Positions 46,970 to 57,157 of a DNA stretch of 64,000 nt are shown piece after piece. The notes below the pieces were generated by a model. The model was not told where the DNA came from. It saw only the letters and a list, made by a program, of their open reading frames with translations, and made no database searches. Numbering within the stretch: position 1 is the stretch's first letter; every line of letters starts with the position of its first letter. Source of the stretch: Rhodothermales bacterium (GTDB lineage Bacteria > Bacteroidota > Rhodothermia > Rhodothermales > Bin80); NCBI GenBank assembly GCA_022821385.1, contig JAJEDR010000056.1:28038-92037 (forward strand), given 5' to 3'. Position numbers and translations under genes: made by a program.

Positions 46970-47959
46970 CTACAGGGGTTTCTCGTACAGCGTGTAGCGA
47001 CGGATAGTAGTCCCGTAGTGGCTCGAAATACGCCGTGACCAGTTGGTCTCCTGCATAAGCGCATGAATGGCGCGTACGAATCCGAGGCCACGTGCCGCCC
47101 GTTGACATTCATCCATTAGCATTCCACCGATTCCGTGTCCGCCGTATTCTGGATGCACAGCCATAGACTTTACAATTGCCGTGCGTGTAGGCTCGCCCCT
47201 CCCCGATTCCAACAGGTCCGGGATCGCGAAGATGAAGCCTATAAGTTGCTCGCCGTGGTCCGCGAGAAGTACCATTTCGGGCAAAAGATATTCGCGGATT
47301 GGAGCGTACGTAGCCAGAAACTTCTCAAATGAAATGGGGCTGTAAAGTAGATTGCGCGTAAATGCGACTAGAGATAGCTCATGGATGGCCGCGAGTTCGT
47401 CCTCGAAACGCGCCAATTCGAACGTCCGTAAGGTGATGCCGTTGCGCTCAAGCTCGGTTCGCCGCTTGTCGGAGCGGGAATCAACTCGGCTAAGGTCGGC
47501 ATTGAGCGCCGAGGTATAGGTCGCCATGGGCACGAATCCGGCGTCACTGAAATGCCCCGGCCACTCGTCTGGATTGTCCGGCTCCAAAAAGAATGCCGGT
47601 TCGGTCCCGCGGTCGGTCAGCAGCCTGTAGCGGTGCCATGTGGACCCGTCCATCGGACCAATGACCCGTTTACGTCCCTCAACCCGATGTCGGTGCGAGG
47701 CGTGCTCTAACAGTTCCTTTCCGGCATCGGCGTTGGCTGCTGCATAGTGACCAACAAGACCGTCCGATGTCGACGCTCCACTAGCATCGCACCTTTCCCA
47801 CAGCGAACAACGGGCGACTAGCGCACCAGTCGTGTCGTGGAGTGCCAAGTGGCACATTGGATTGGTAGACTGGAAGCTCTCAGGGTTCAACAACTCCACC
47901 GACCCATCCCGCAAGGACATCAGATCTTCTATGCGCTTGACAATGGTAAGTGAATTCAT
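46970..47959 (-). CDS. Two-lobed GNAT-family N-acyltransferase
   Basis: The C-terminal acetyl-CoA-binding type motif is IVKSMAVHPEYGGHGIGGMLMDE. An N-terminal GNAT-like half is also present. Confidence 0.65.
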   Translation of the reverse strand: MNSLTIVKRIEDLMSLRDGSVELLNPESFQSTNPMCHLALHDTTGALVARCSLWERCDASGASTSDGLVGHYAAANADAGKELLEHASHRHRVEGRKRVIGPMDGSTWHRYRLLTDRGTEPAFFLEPDNPDEWPGHFSDAGFVPMATYTSALNADLSRVDSRSDKRRTELERNGITLRTFELARFEDELAAIHELSLVAFTRNLLYSPISFEKFLATYAPIREYLLPEMVLLADHGEQLIGFIFAIPDLLESGRGEPTRTAIVKSMAVHPEYGGHGIGGMLMDECQRAARGLGFVRAIHALMQETNWSRRISSHYGTTIRRYTLYEKPL

Positions 47960-48909
47960 AGCTCCTACGGCTCTCAGACTTTGCCCAACCTCACCGCAAA
48001 TGAAACTGGCTCTTCCTGCTGTATATATTAACTGGTCTTCCCACTCTGTACTATACAGACGGCCCCCGTACCGGGCTAATCCGTGTTAGGTTCCCCTGAT
48101 CATGCTATTTCGGTATGACCATTCCGCGGTTTTGAGTTGAAACCTCTTGGATCCAGTGTGCTAATGCCCGAAATATCGTCCCAAGCCGGGAAAATGGAGG
48201 ATGATATAATTCACTCCGAATCGCAGCGGTTTCTTAGCGCTCATGTTGGACAAGCACACCATCTACGACGTAAGTGGGCTTAATGACTGAGCGTTATTCG
48301 GACCAAAGGCACAACTCCGGATCACGAACTTGGCGGGATCTTGGTAATATTCTAGTTCCTGCTCGGTATCTGCAGATGGCACGGAGTGACTCATCACCGT
48401 GGAGGATCGCCATATTGCCAAGACATTGACGTATCCCCGAAAAATTGGGGAAACATTTGCCGCTCAAATGGAACTGCCTTATGATCCCTCAACCTTCCTC
48501 ACACGGGCTGCATTACGATCCCGGGGCTGGCCTGTATCAGCCCCCAGTTGGATAGGCCCGCCATCGAACAACTCACTATGACCTCTGAGCAGGTTTTCCC
48601 GTACATAACAGCCGGATCTGACTAGCGCCAGCCGCTAACATTAACCAATCATTTGACTCGAAACGGTACCGCAAATGGCCGAACAGTCCTTGAAAACGTA
48701 CGTGGGACTCACCCCAGGCTTGGACCGAATGGACCCCTCATCGGATGGCCACCTCTTGACCAACCTACCCAAATATTCGTTCGGGAATCGTTCCACTGAA
48801 AGTGTGTACAATTGATCATACGTGCGGGTAATTGGTTGGAGGCTAGCCGCGCATTTTTGCTAAATCTCTACGGCCGCCAGTACAATCATAGGAACCATCT
48901 GACCACTTA

Positions 48910-49584
48910 ATGCTCTACTTGGTACCCACTCCCATCGGCAATTTGGCTGACGTTACATTCCGTGCGATAGAGGTGCTGGGGACCGTAGATCTTGTGGCCT
49001 GCGAAGATACCCGACGTTCCGCTATCCTTTTAACGCACTACGGTATCGACACGCCAACGATCAGCTACCATGATCATAACGAGCGCCAACGCGCACCGCA
49101 GTTGATAGAACGAATGGAGGCGGGACAACAGGTGGCTCTGATCAGTGACGCGGGTTCGCCTGGACTGAGCGATCCCGGGTTTTATCTAGTCCGCCTATGC
49201 TGGGAGAAAAACATCCCCGTGCAGGCACTACCCGGGTCCACTGCACTGATTCCTGCGCTCACTGCAAGTGGACTGCCTTCTGAATGTTTTGTGTTTGAGG
49301 GATTTCTGCCCCATAAAAAAGGCCGCAATAAGCGCTTGGAAGCAATTCGTGCAGAGACGCGCACAATTGTACTCTACGAGAGTCCACACCGGCTCATCCG
49401 AACACTGAATGACCTGGTAAATACTCTGGGACCCGAACGTACCGGGGCAGTTGCCCGGGAGTTAACCAAAAAATTTGAAGAAATCCATCGAACGAGTCTG
49501 CAAAGACTACTTGAATATTTTCGTAGCAAGACTACAATCAAAGGGGAATTCGTGATTATCATTGCACCCCCTGCCTTTAACTGA
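48910..49584 (+). CDS. rsmI: 16S rRNA (cytidine1402-2'-O)-methyltransferase
   Basis: MLYLVPTPIGNLADVTFRAIEVL..ACEDTR is present. Confidence 0.9.
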   Translation: MLYLVPTPIGNLADVTFRAIEVLGTVDLVACEDTRRSAILLTHYGIDTPTISYHDHNERQRAPQLIERMEAGQQVALISDAGSPGLSDPGFYLVRLCWEKNIPVQALPGSTALIPALTASGLPSECFVFEGFLPHKKGRNKRLEAIRAETRTIVLYESPHRLIRTLNDLVNTLGPERTGAVARELTKKFEEIHRTSLQRLLEYFRSKTTIKGEFVIIIAPPAFN

Positions 49585-49591
49585 ACCGTAC

Positions 49592-50233
49592 ATGTCTACC
49601 ACTTACGTCACACCATTCACATTTAGTGACTTTGCCACGAACTGCTATGTCTGCCATAGTGACGGGGAAGCTGTCATTGTGGATGCCAGCTGTTCGACTG
49701 ACAAAGAAACCTCGGAAATTGTCAACTATGTCAACGCAAACAATCTTAGCGTGCGGCATCTGTTACTCACGCATGCACACATTGACCATATCCTGGGGTG
49801 CAACACTTTGGCGAAGCAGTTCGGCCTTGCATGGCAAGCCCACCGAGATACCTCCATCTGGCTTACTGGGGCACCAGCTCAGGCATTACTGTACGGCATA
49901 CGAATGATGCAGCCCCCCAAAGTCGGTAACTGGCTAAATGAAGGGGATATTGTACAATTTGGGAGTGCCCAATGGCGGATCCTGCACACTCCCGGGCACG
50001 CGCCTGGCTCGATCTGTTTTGTGGATGAGGCCAACGATTTTGTCATCGCCGGTGATGTGCTTTTTAGTCAATCCATCGGACGAACAGACTTGCCAGGCGG
50101 AAATATGGGAACCCTCATGGCATCCATTTTCCAGAAACTGCTCACGCTGCCAAACAACACGCTAGTCTATTCCGGCCACGGCCCGTCTACCACAATCGGT
50201 GCTGAGCGCAGGGACAATCCATTTCTGGTGTAG
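49592..50233 (+). CDS. MBL-fold metallo-hydrolase (glyoxalase II-like)
   Basis: THAHIDH and HTPGHAPGS are present. The ATG at 49592 follows the rsmI stop; the listed TTG at 49562 overlaps rsmI. Confidence 0.8.
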   Translation: MSTTYVTPFTFSDFATNCYVCHSDGEAVIVDASCSTDKETSEIVNYVNANNLSVRHLLLTHAHIDHILGCNTLAKQFGLAWQAHRDTSIWLTGAPAQALLYGIRMMQPPKVGNWLNEGDIVQFGSAQWRILHTPGHAPGSICFVDEANDFVIAGDVLFSQSIGRTDLPGGNMGTLMASIFQKLLTLPNNTLVYSGHGPSTTIGAERRDNPFLV

Positions 50234-50237
50234 TGGC

Positions 50238-51353
50238 CTACAGTAGGTTCTCCTCGAGTGTGTCATCAATCATGACCCTCACCTCCTGATCTGTCGGCCG
50301 GCTGTCCAATCCCATAATGGAGTTATATACCAGTTCTCCCATGTGCTCGCATTTGGCATAGCGGTCATCTCCATGGAACTCACACAGGCTTTCTGCCAAT
50401 TGGCGAACATGGTCTGAATTGGCAATTTTGTCTTTCCGCATCACTTCAAGGAGCGCATGCACACGCCCATCACTGACACTGACACGATGGGCCATCAATG
50501 CCCGTTCCTCTCTGCGATACTGCGCCACCACCGTCGGGGCCAGTACTTCTTGGACCGCTTTCATCAAGGGTGCATTGGCCTTGTAGGCCTGTGGGCGATA
50601 AACTTCAATATTCCGGTGGTGGCTCTGCTGATCAAAATCAATAGCTCGAAACCGATAGTGATGCTTCTCAAAATCCCGCGTAATGTTAACCACAAAATTA
50701 CCCGTATGCATATCGCCAAGCAGCTGTAACAGACAGCGCGTATCGAATTTGACAAACTGCTTGGCCAATCGCACGAGGTCGAAGCGGCTCTCTGGCATGT
50801 CATTCGCAAGGAATACATCCCCTGGAACCCCCACGATATGCTCTTCTATAGTAGTGTCACCCCGAACAAAGTAGTGGATTCGGCTAGGTGAGAGAAGGTG
50901 CTCCAGTTCCAGGCCGTAAATGCGGTTCGCATCGGTTTTCTTAACGTAATAGTAGTCGCAGTTCTCGTTGAGAGCGTTAACCATCCTCACCCTGTATGGC
51001 ATAGTGTTCCCGTACACGCACAGATCAACCCGATCTACATACAGATGCTGTACGATTGAAAGATCCCCGTGGGCTTTCAAATCGGCATAGGTTAATACGA
51101 GGTCATCATTGATTTCCCGTTGCTCACTTGGAGGATAAAACACGCTCATCCATAGCGTATCCTTGCCATCCTCACCATATAACGGCACTCCTTCTACATA
51201 TCGGCTGAGATCCTGATAACGAACCCCCCTTGTCTGAAGCCGGCCATAACGCTTCAGATACCCTCCGAGATCTTTGTTGACCGGGTAAAATGCCTTCTTT
51301 CGGCTTACCAGATGCCGATCAAGATGCGCCACATTTGAACCAGTGTTCTCCAT
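50238..51353 (-). CDS. Hypothetical protein with protein-kinase-like catalytic motifs
   Basis: LGDMHTGNFVV resembles the HxDxxxxN catalytic loop of Kdo, RIO and ABC1-type kinases. It is followed by AIDFDQ, which is DFG/DFD-like. Confidence 0.45.
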   Translation of the reverse strand: MENTGSNVAHLDRHLVSRKKAFYPVNKDLGGYLKRYGRLQTRGVRYQDLSRYVEGVPLYGEDGKDTLWMSVFYPPSEQREINDDLVLTYADLKAHGDLSIVQHLYVDRVDLCVYGNTMPYRVRMVNALNENCDYYYVKKTDANRIYGLELEHLLSPSRIHYFVRGDTTIEEHIVGVPGDVFLANDMPESRFDLVRLAKQFVKFDTRCLLQLLGDMHTGNFVVNITRDFEKHHYRFRAIDFDQQSHHRNIEVYRPQAYKANAPLMKAVQEVLAPTVVAQYRREERALMAHRVSVSDGRVHALLEVMRKDKIANSDHVRQLAESLCEFHGDDRYAKCEHMGELVYNSIMGLDSRPTDQEVRVMIDDTLEENLL

Positions 51354-51645
51354 GAAATCAAAGCTTTGTTTCCGGTAGGAACTCGGTCAGCCCATCCTGA
51401 ACACCCTGTATATCGTAAGGAATGAAATGTTGAGTATCCTTTGGTGTCTTGGGGTTAAGAGTTACGAAGAAGTTAAGGCTAAGAATTTAGATTTAGCCAG
51501 ACCTCTCCGATCTTCTCCCAGCGCTAGACAAAACGGTACTTTCTTTTTCATCATGTTACGTGGATAACTCCCCGGGAAAAACCAATTGTCTCCTGTGCTT
51601 TGCGCGCTCGGGCAGAGCACAGCGTGAAAGGCGCATAGAGTGCTA

Positions 51646-52470
51646 TCATTTGTAGCCTGTCAGTTTACTGGACATACCAACCAGTTGAATAGCCTTAAAA
51701 TTATCTCTTGTTTGGTGACCCTCACTAGATTGTTTTTGTCTGTCATCTATTTTGATTGCGGTCGTGACGGGGGCAAACCTCCTTTCGTATCCCTCGTCCA
51801 GAATTGAACAATTGAAGTAATCGATTCCCAGCCTTCGGTCTTCGCCGTGAGAACTGTGAATATGGCCGAAAAATACTGCCTTCAGCCTTGGGAGATTCTG
51901 ACATCGAAGATACAAATCTTTGCTGCCAAGGTAGTCAGTGGGGCGAACGTACTTTGGCAATACGGGGCCGACCGTATCCATAATTGAATATGGAGGACCA
52001 TGGCTCACGAGCACGTCAATCGTGGCGGGAATGTTGTCCGTGTACATGGACATGTCATAACCCTGAAAAAACCATCTCCCAAACGGAGGGGTATGAGGCA
52101 AGCCCCAAAACCTTATTCGGGTTCCTTTGCTGGCTATGATGGCTGCTCCACTGTTCATTAAAAGGTGGCCACCTGCCCTTACTATTTCTGACTGGCAGTT
52201 CTCCGGCATGAATTCACAAATCTGGTCATGATTGCCCGGAACTACCATGATTGCCCTGAACTGGTCCCTAACGACGGCCAGTTCTCGCAAAAACTTTCGC
52301 CATGACCGCCTGTGGCTGTCATAGATCACGGACTTGGTTAGGTGGTCTGTTCTGCCAGTAGTGAAATCTCCACAGTGAATGAGAATGTCACTTTCGTAAT
52401 CCCTTAGCAGGTCTGGCAAAGCGACTTGTCCGTGCGTGTCACTGATTGCAGTAATTGTAAGTTCAGCCAT
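51646..52470 (-). CDS. Calcineurin-like metallophosphoesterase
   Basis: The ISDTHG, HCGDF, PGNHD and FGHIH motifs appear in the canonical order. Confidence 0.8.
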   Translation of the reverse strand: MAELTITAISDTHGQVALPDLLRDYESDILIHCGDFTTGRTDHLTKSVIYDSHRRSWRKFLRELAVVRDQFRAIMVVPGNHDQICEFMPENCQSEIVRAGGHLLMNSGAAIIASKGTRIRFWGLPHTPPFGRWFFQGYDMSMYTDNIPATIDVLVSHGPPYSIMDTVGPVLPKYVRPTDYLGSKDLYLRCQNLPRLKAVFFGHIHSSHGEDRRLGIDYFNCSILDEGYERRFAPVTTAIKIDDRQKQSSEGHQTRDNFKAIQLVGMSSKLTGYK

Positions 52471-53014
52471 ACTAGAAGTGATTTGTATAATGCTTCAAGG
52501 CGTAAACTTCAAGCCGTACTCCCAGCTGCGCAACTTCCACGGAAGACGACGCGAGTTAGGTCGGCGTGCACGCAGGTTCTGGCTCTACCAACTCGGCCGC
52601 AGACCTGATCAGGCTATTCGGCTTCAATACCCCGCTCTATAGCTGGTTTTACCTTTAATTTTTATGGACAAAGACGCAAGCCGCCGCAGACGAAGAAACT
52701 GCAGGTCCAAAGTTTTGAAGCTTCTGTAACTTCTCTCGACGGTTTTCACTCCTTGGGTCTTCCTACTGAATCGTTCTGCCATAACGTTGGATTGTTCCTG
52801 GCAAGTGCATTGCACACCCCTTTGAGACGGCATTCAAGCATCTCGGCCATTTCCACAACCTCCTTGACAACTGCCCCATTACGCCCTACCAAGCCTCCCC
52901 ACTTGCTCAACATTGTCCGAACGAACCGAACAACCTACGTACTTTACACGACCAACAGGATATACGGAAACAACGCCGCCTTGAGCTGTTGCTCATGGAG
53001 CAAAATTGTGTTGA

Positions 53015-55066
53015 ATGGGTTCTTGCGGTATGACCGGTAACCAGCCATTTTCACCGGCAGCGGGCGCTGGCACATCCAGCGAACCTCTGAAGGTATCGGT
53101 GATCATCGTTAACTATAACGTGAGGGACCTCCTTCGCCAGGCCCTCCGTAGCGTCAAACTATCACTGGCCGACATTCCTGCCGAAATAATTGTGATTGAC
53201 AATAATTCGGTAGATGGATCAGTCGGTATGTTGCGTGAGGAGTTTCCAGAAGTCTTGATCATTGCCAACCGCTCGAACGTTGGATTTTCTGCGGCTAACA
53301 ATCAGGGGATACGCATGGCAGGCGGGGAATATCTGTTCATCCTGAACCCGGACACAATTGTTGAGGAAGACACGATAAGCGTGCTTACGAATTTCATGGA
53401 CTCCCATCCAGATGCCGGAGCTATGGGATGCCGTATCCTTAACCCCGATGGGACCTTTGCTTTAGAGAGTCGCCGATCATTCCCTACCCCCGAAATTGCA
53501 TTCTACCGCATGATCGGACTTAGTCGAATATTTCCGCGAAGCAAAACTTTTGGCCGCTATAACCTCACATTCCTGCCTCAGGATGAAGTGGCAAAGGTTG
53601 ACGCGTTGAGCGGTTCGTGCATGTTTGTGCGAAGTACTGCGCTCATGGGATCGACAAATAACGAAACAGGCCCGGGCGGCGCTGGACTGTTTGATGAAAA
53701 ATTCTTCATGTATGGCGAAGACCTGGATCTGTGCTATCGCATCCAGAAAGCCGGCTGGGCAATCTACTACACACCGGAAACCCAGATCATTCACTACAAG
53801 GGTGAGAGTACAAAAAAGGGAGACCTCAGGTACGTACGTCTCTTCCACGGCGCGATGGCACGCTTTGCCAGAAAGCATTTGAGCGAAGATTATCCCAAAG
53901 CTTTCCTATGGGTTTTGCATCTGGCCGTCGTTGTGCGCGGGTTGATAACGGCATTCGGAAACACGCTGCGCCATAGAGCTGTGCGTGACTGGGTGTTATG
54001 TGTTGGTGTGGTGGCTGCACTGGGATTGTTTCGGTCCGTCCAGGCCGGAACACAATTCATGTCACTCTTTTATTGGGGCCTGTCTCCTCTGTTCGCTCTG
54101 ATTACGACTGGTGTGATAGCTGCCTCAGGAGGCTACCGGGCACGTAAGCCATATCTTGGACTTGTATTTCTGGGACTGGTGACAGCAGTCACCGCGCTGG
54201 CTGCACTATCATTCTTTGTAAAACAGATAGCATTCTCCCGTGCGGTTGTGATAGCCTGCCTGCCTGCCTGTATGCTGGTTCTGTCTGCGGTACGCCTGAT
54301 TCCCAGAACCCGCCAGCGCCTGCACCGCCGTACGCTCATCGCAGGAAATCTTTCCGATGCTGATTTTCAAGCTGTGCAGCAGATGCCACAGTACACTCTG
54401 GTAGGGATTGCAACACATAACGGTACGCGTAACGAGTCATCTACTCTGCCCCATTTTGGTGATTATGATCAGTTGCGTGACATTGTACGCGTACATGATA
54501 TTGAGTCCATAATTTTTGCTTCCGCGAGTCTGACGAACAAGAAAATTTTTGCCCTTATGCAGCAGCTTGCCGGCCTCCCCGTTCAAACGCATATCGTTGA
54601 TGCGGGACAGGACCACATGATCGGCAAAACGTCGATTGAAAAACTGGGCAAACCACCCCTTCTCGAGGCCGAAGAGGTGATCGGAGCCTTGCGCTCACAT
54701 ACTGCGCGCCGGGTGTCCGACATAATGGCTGCTTTGGCCGGAGCAATCATTCACCCGATTGTTTGGCTTGCTGCCAGGATGGCCGGCCCGCGCTCCCGAT
54801 GGATGCGAAGGAGCGAACGCATCAGACAGTGGCGTGCGGTTCTGCGAGGACAGCTCCCGCTAATAGGATTCCACGAGGGAAGCGAGTTTGTCCCTCCTGC
54901 CGAATGGCAACTGCAACCCGCAGTATTTGCAGTCAGCGAAATGCTCGGACCAAATATCAGACGTCCGACTGAGGAGATTGAACAGGCATACTGGTACTAC
55001 GTACGGAATCAGTCCGCCTTACTGGACTGGTTCATCGCCATACGCGCCCTGCGTGCACCGGCTTAG
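53015..55066 (+). CDS. Family 2 glycosyltransferase fused to a membrane / sugar-transferase-N-terminal-like region
   Basis: [40 protein letters not shown] make up the GT2 part. TM helices and a WcaJ-N-terminal-like linker ([10 protein letters not shown]...ESIIFAS) follow, but no recognisable catalytic sugar-transferase motif. Confidence 0.7.
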   Translation: MGSCGMTGNQPFSPAAGAGTSSEPLKVSVIIVNYNVRDLLRQALRSVKLSLADIPAEIIVIDNNSVDGSVGMLREEFPEVLIIANRSNVGFSAANNQGIRMAGGEYLFILNPDTIVEEDTISVLTNFMDSHPDAGAMGCRILNPDGTFALESRRSFPTPEIAFYRMIGLSRIFPRSKTFGRYNLTFLPQDEVAKVDALSGSCMFVRSTALMGSTNNETGPGGAGLFDEKFFMYGEDLDLCYRIQKAGWAIYYTPETQIIHYKGESTKKGDLRYVRLFHGAMARFARKHLSEDYPKAFLWVLHLAVVVRGLITAFGNTLRHRAVRDWVLCVGVVAALGLFRSVQAGTQFMSLFYWGLSPLFALITTGVIAASGGYRARKPYLGLVFLGLVTAVTALAALSFFVKQIAFSRAVVIACLPACMLVLSAVRLIPRTRQRLHRRTLIAGNLSDADFQAVQQMPQYTLVGIATHNGTRNESSTLPHFGDYDQLRDIVRVHDIESIIFASASLTNKKIFALMQQLAGLPVQTHIVDAGQDHMIGKTSIEKLGKPPLLEAEEVIGALRSHTARRVSDIMAALAGAIIHPIVWLAARMAGPRSRWMRRSERIRQWRAVLRGQLPLIGFHEGSEFVPPAEWQLQPAVFAVSEMLGPNIRRPTEEIEQAYWYYVRNQSALLDWFIAIRALRAPA

Positions 55067-55115
55067 GAACAGTCCCCCCTCGCACTTGTTGATTCCGCCC
55101 ACTCCAGAGTCAAGG

Positions 55116-56108
55116 ATGCATAATAAATCCAATAAATTTCTACTGGACTTCGAGAAACCGATCGTTGAGCTTGAGCAAAAGCTTGACGAGATGCGGACCA
55201 TCGAAACGAGCGAGGCTGATCTCTCTCACGAAATTAACGCACTCGCAAAGCGTATCCAGGAGCTGCGCACTTCCGTCTACGGCAACCTGACCCGCTGGCA
55301 GCGTGTACAGATTGCCAGACATCCCCTGAGACCGTATACCAATGATTACATTTCTGCGCTCACGGAAGGGTTTACGGAATTGCACGGGGACCGATGCTTT
55401 GGTGATGATCCGGCAATTGTAAGCGGCTTCGCCACGCTGCGCGGCGAGCAATTCGACTATCAGGATCACACCATACTTGTAGTCGGACACCAGAAGGGGC
55501 GTGACACCAAAACACGCCGCTATCGCCGCTTCGGTATGCCCAATCCGGAAGGATACCGGAAAGCACGGCGACATATGCAACTTGCCGAAAAGTTTGGCAA
55601 ACCCATTGTCTGCCTGTTGGATACACCCGGCGCCTACCCTGGTATGGATGCAGAAGAGCGTGGACAGGCAGAAGCTATTGCCCGCAATCTTTTTGTCATG
55701 GCGCGCCTTGAAGTCCCGATTGTCATTGTCGTTATCGGAGAAGGGGCTTCAGGTGGCGCACTAGGCATTGGAGTTGGTGATCGTATGCTTATGCTGGAAA
55801 ACGCCTGGTATTCGGTGATCTCCCCGGAAAGCTGCTCATCCATTTTATGGAGGTCCTGGGATTATAAGGAAGAGGCTGCACGTGCTCTAAAGCTCACCGC
55901 ACCTGACCTGGTTGACGTAGGTATTGTTGATCAAATTGTGAAAGAACCGCTGGGCGGTGCACACTCCGATCCAGAAACGACGTACAAATATGTTGGCCAG
56001 GCCATTTGCGAGGCGCTGCAGGAACTGAAAACACTGCCCACGGAAGACCTGTTGAATCAACGCCTCAAGCGGTTCGACCAAATTGGCAAGTTTAACGTGG
56101 CGACATAG
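55116..56108 (+). CDS. accA: Acetyl-CoA carboxylase carboxyltransferase subunit alpha
   Basis: [27 protein letters not shown] and [26 protein letters not shown] are present. The listed ORF (54888) has a 76-codon upstream extension overlapping the preceding gene. Confidence 0.9.
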   Translation: MHNKSNKFLLDFEKPIVELEQKLDEMRTIETSEADLSHEINALAKRIQELRTSVYGNLTRWQRVQIARHPLRPYTNDYISALTEGFTELHGDRCFGDDPAIVSGFATLRGEQFDYQDHTILVVGHQKGRDTKTRRYRRFGMPNPEGYRKARRHMQLAEKFGKPIVCLLDTPGAYPGMDAEERGQAEAIARNLFVMARLEVPIVIVVIGEGASGGALGIGVGDRMLMLENAWYSVISPESCSSILWRSWDYKEEAARALKLTAPDLVDVGIVDQIVKEPLGGAHSDPETTYKYVGQAICEALQELKTLPTEDLLNQRLKRFDQIGKFNVAT

Positions 56109-56115
56109 TGCCTTC

Positions 56116-57006
56116 ATGCTTGCCCGTGAACAATTCCCCGGCTATTTGTCACCAAAAAGCCTGACATGCATTCTCGAGATTGCTTTGGCGGAAGATGTCG
56201 GCGAGGGTGATATCACCTCAAACGCATTAATACCAGAACACTATCAAGGCAGGGGAACTCTGGTCATGCGGGAGAATGGCGTACTTGCCGGTCTAGTGCC
56301 AGCCCAACACACCTTCACGCTGGTTGATCCGACGGTAAAGTGTAGCTGGGTTTTCGAAGATGGTAAACGCGTACAGGCAGAGTCGGTAATCGGTACGGTC
56401 ACAGGTCCCCTACGGTCTATACTTACGGCTGAACGCCTCGCTTTGAACCTCCTGCAGCGAATGAGCGGGATTGCCACGGCAACCGCAACCATGATAGAAA
56501 GCATGCAGGGTAGCAAGTCCCTTGTTCGTGACACGCGTAAAACAGCCCCTGGATTACGACTCCTGGACAAATGGGCGGTCATGCTGGGCGGAGGAACCAA
56601 TCATCGCATAGGCCTATACGACCGAATACTGATCAAGGACAACCATATTGAGGCCGTTGGAGGCCTTGCAGCATCTGTGCGCCGCGCCGCAAAGAAACTG
56701 CCCCATTACCTGATTGACGTAGAAGCGCGTACGCTGGCGGAGGTTGAGGAAGCCATCACAGTTGCCGAACTGATTGACGTGCTCCTTCTTGATAATATGA
56801 CGGTCCTAAAAGATGATGGTACAATAGACTGCTCACGGTTAAAGCAGGCCGTAGATTATATTGACGGCCGCATAAAGACCGAGGCAACAGGTGGCATTAC
56901 GCTCAAGACAGCTCCAGTCATTGCAACAACGGGCGTGGACTATCTCTCCTGCGGTGCACTCACACACTCAGTTCGTGCGATAGACATTGCGCTCAATGTG
57001 TCCTAA
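56116..57006 (+). CDS. nadC: Nicotinate-nucleotide pyrophosphorylase (carboxylating)
   Basis: LAEDVGEGDITS, DTRKTAPGLR and ILIKDNH are present. The ATG at 56116 follows the accA stop (56106-56108). Confidence 0.9.
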   Translation: MLAREQFPGYLSPKSLTCILEIALAEDVGEGDITSNALIPEHYQGRGTLVMRENGVLAGLVPAQHTFTLVDPTVKCSWVFEDGKRVQAESVIGTVTGPLRSILTAERLALNLLQRMSGIATATATMIESMQGSKSLVRDTRKTAPGLRLLDKWAVMLGGGTNHRIGLYDRILIKDNHIEAVGGLAASVRRAAKKLPHYLIDVEARTLAEVEEAITVAELIDVLLLDNMTVLKDDGTIDCSRLKQAVDYIDGRIKTEATGGITLKTAPVIATTGVDYLSCGALTHSVRAIDIALNVS

Positions 57007-57157
57007 GACTGGAGAATTGTCCAAATATTGCCCGAACAAATGGCTCTAGACGCATAAACCACATGTCACTTTTACGAGGGTTGATATGGCATGCACACCA
57101 TACCATGTGTACTTTCGGCCTGGTACAGGAACTTCGCACCGCGGACAAATACAAAAA

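Noticed and set aside
37172-48909. Mobile-element hallmarks for the GC-rich island (integrase, transposase, tRNA attachment site, direct repeats).
   Set aside because: I could recognise none of these by eye. The island call therefore rests on the composition shift and gene content only.
52471-53014. A possible sigma-factor or HTH remnant on the minus strand (..VVEMAEMLECRLKGVCNALARN..) in the 540-bp divergent spacer.
   Set aside because: The similarity to sigma-70 region 4 is weak. The fragment is interrupted by stops and frame changes, which is too little to call a pseudogene.
54888-55115. The upstream 76-codon extension of the accA ORF.
   Set aside because: It overlaps the 3' end of the GT2 gene and has no AccA similarity. 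A canonical AccA N-terminus begins at the ATG at 55116.
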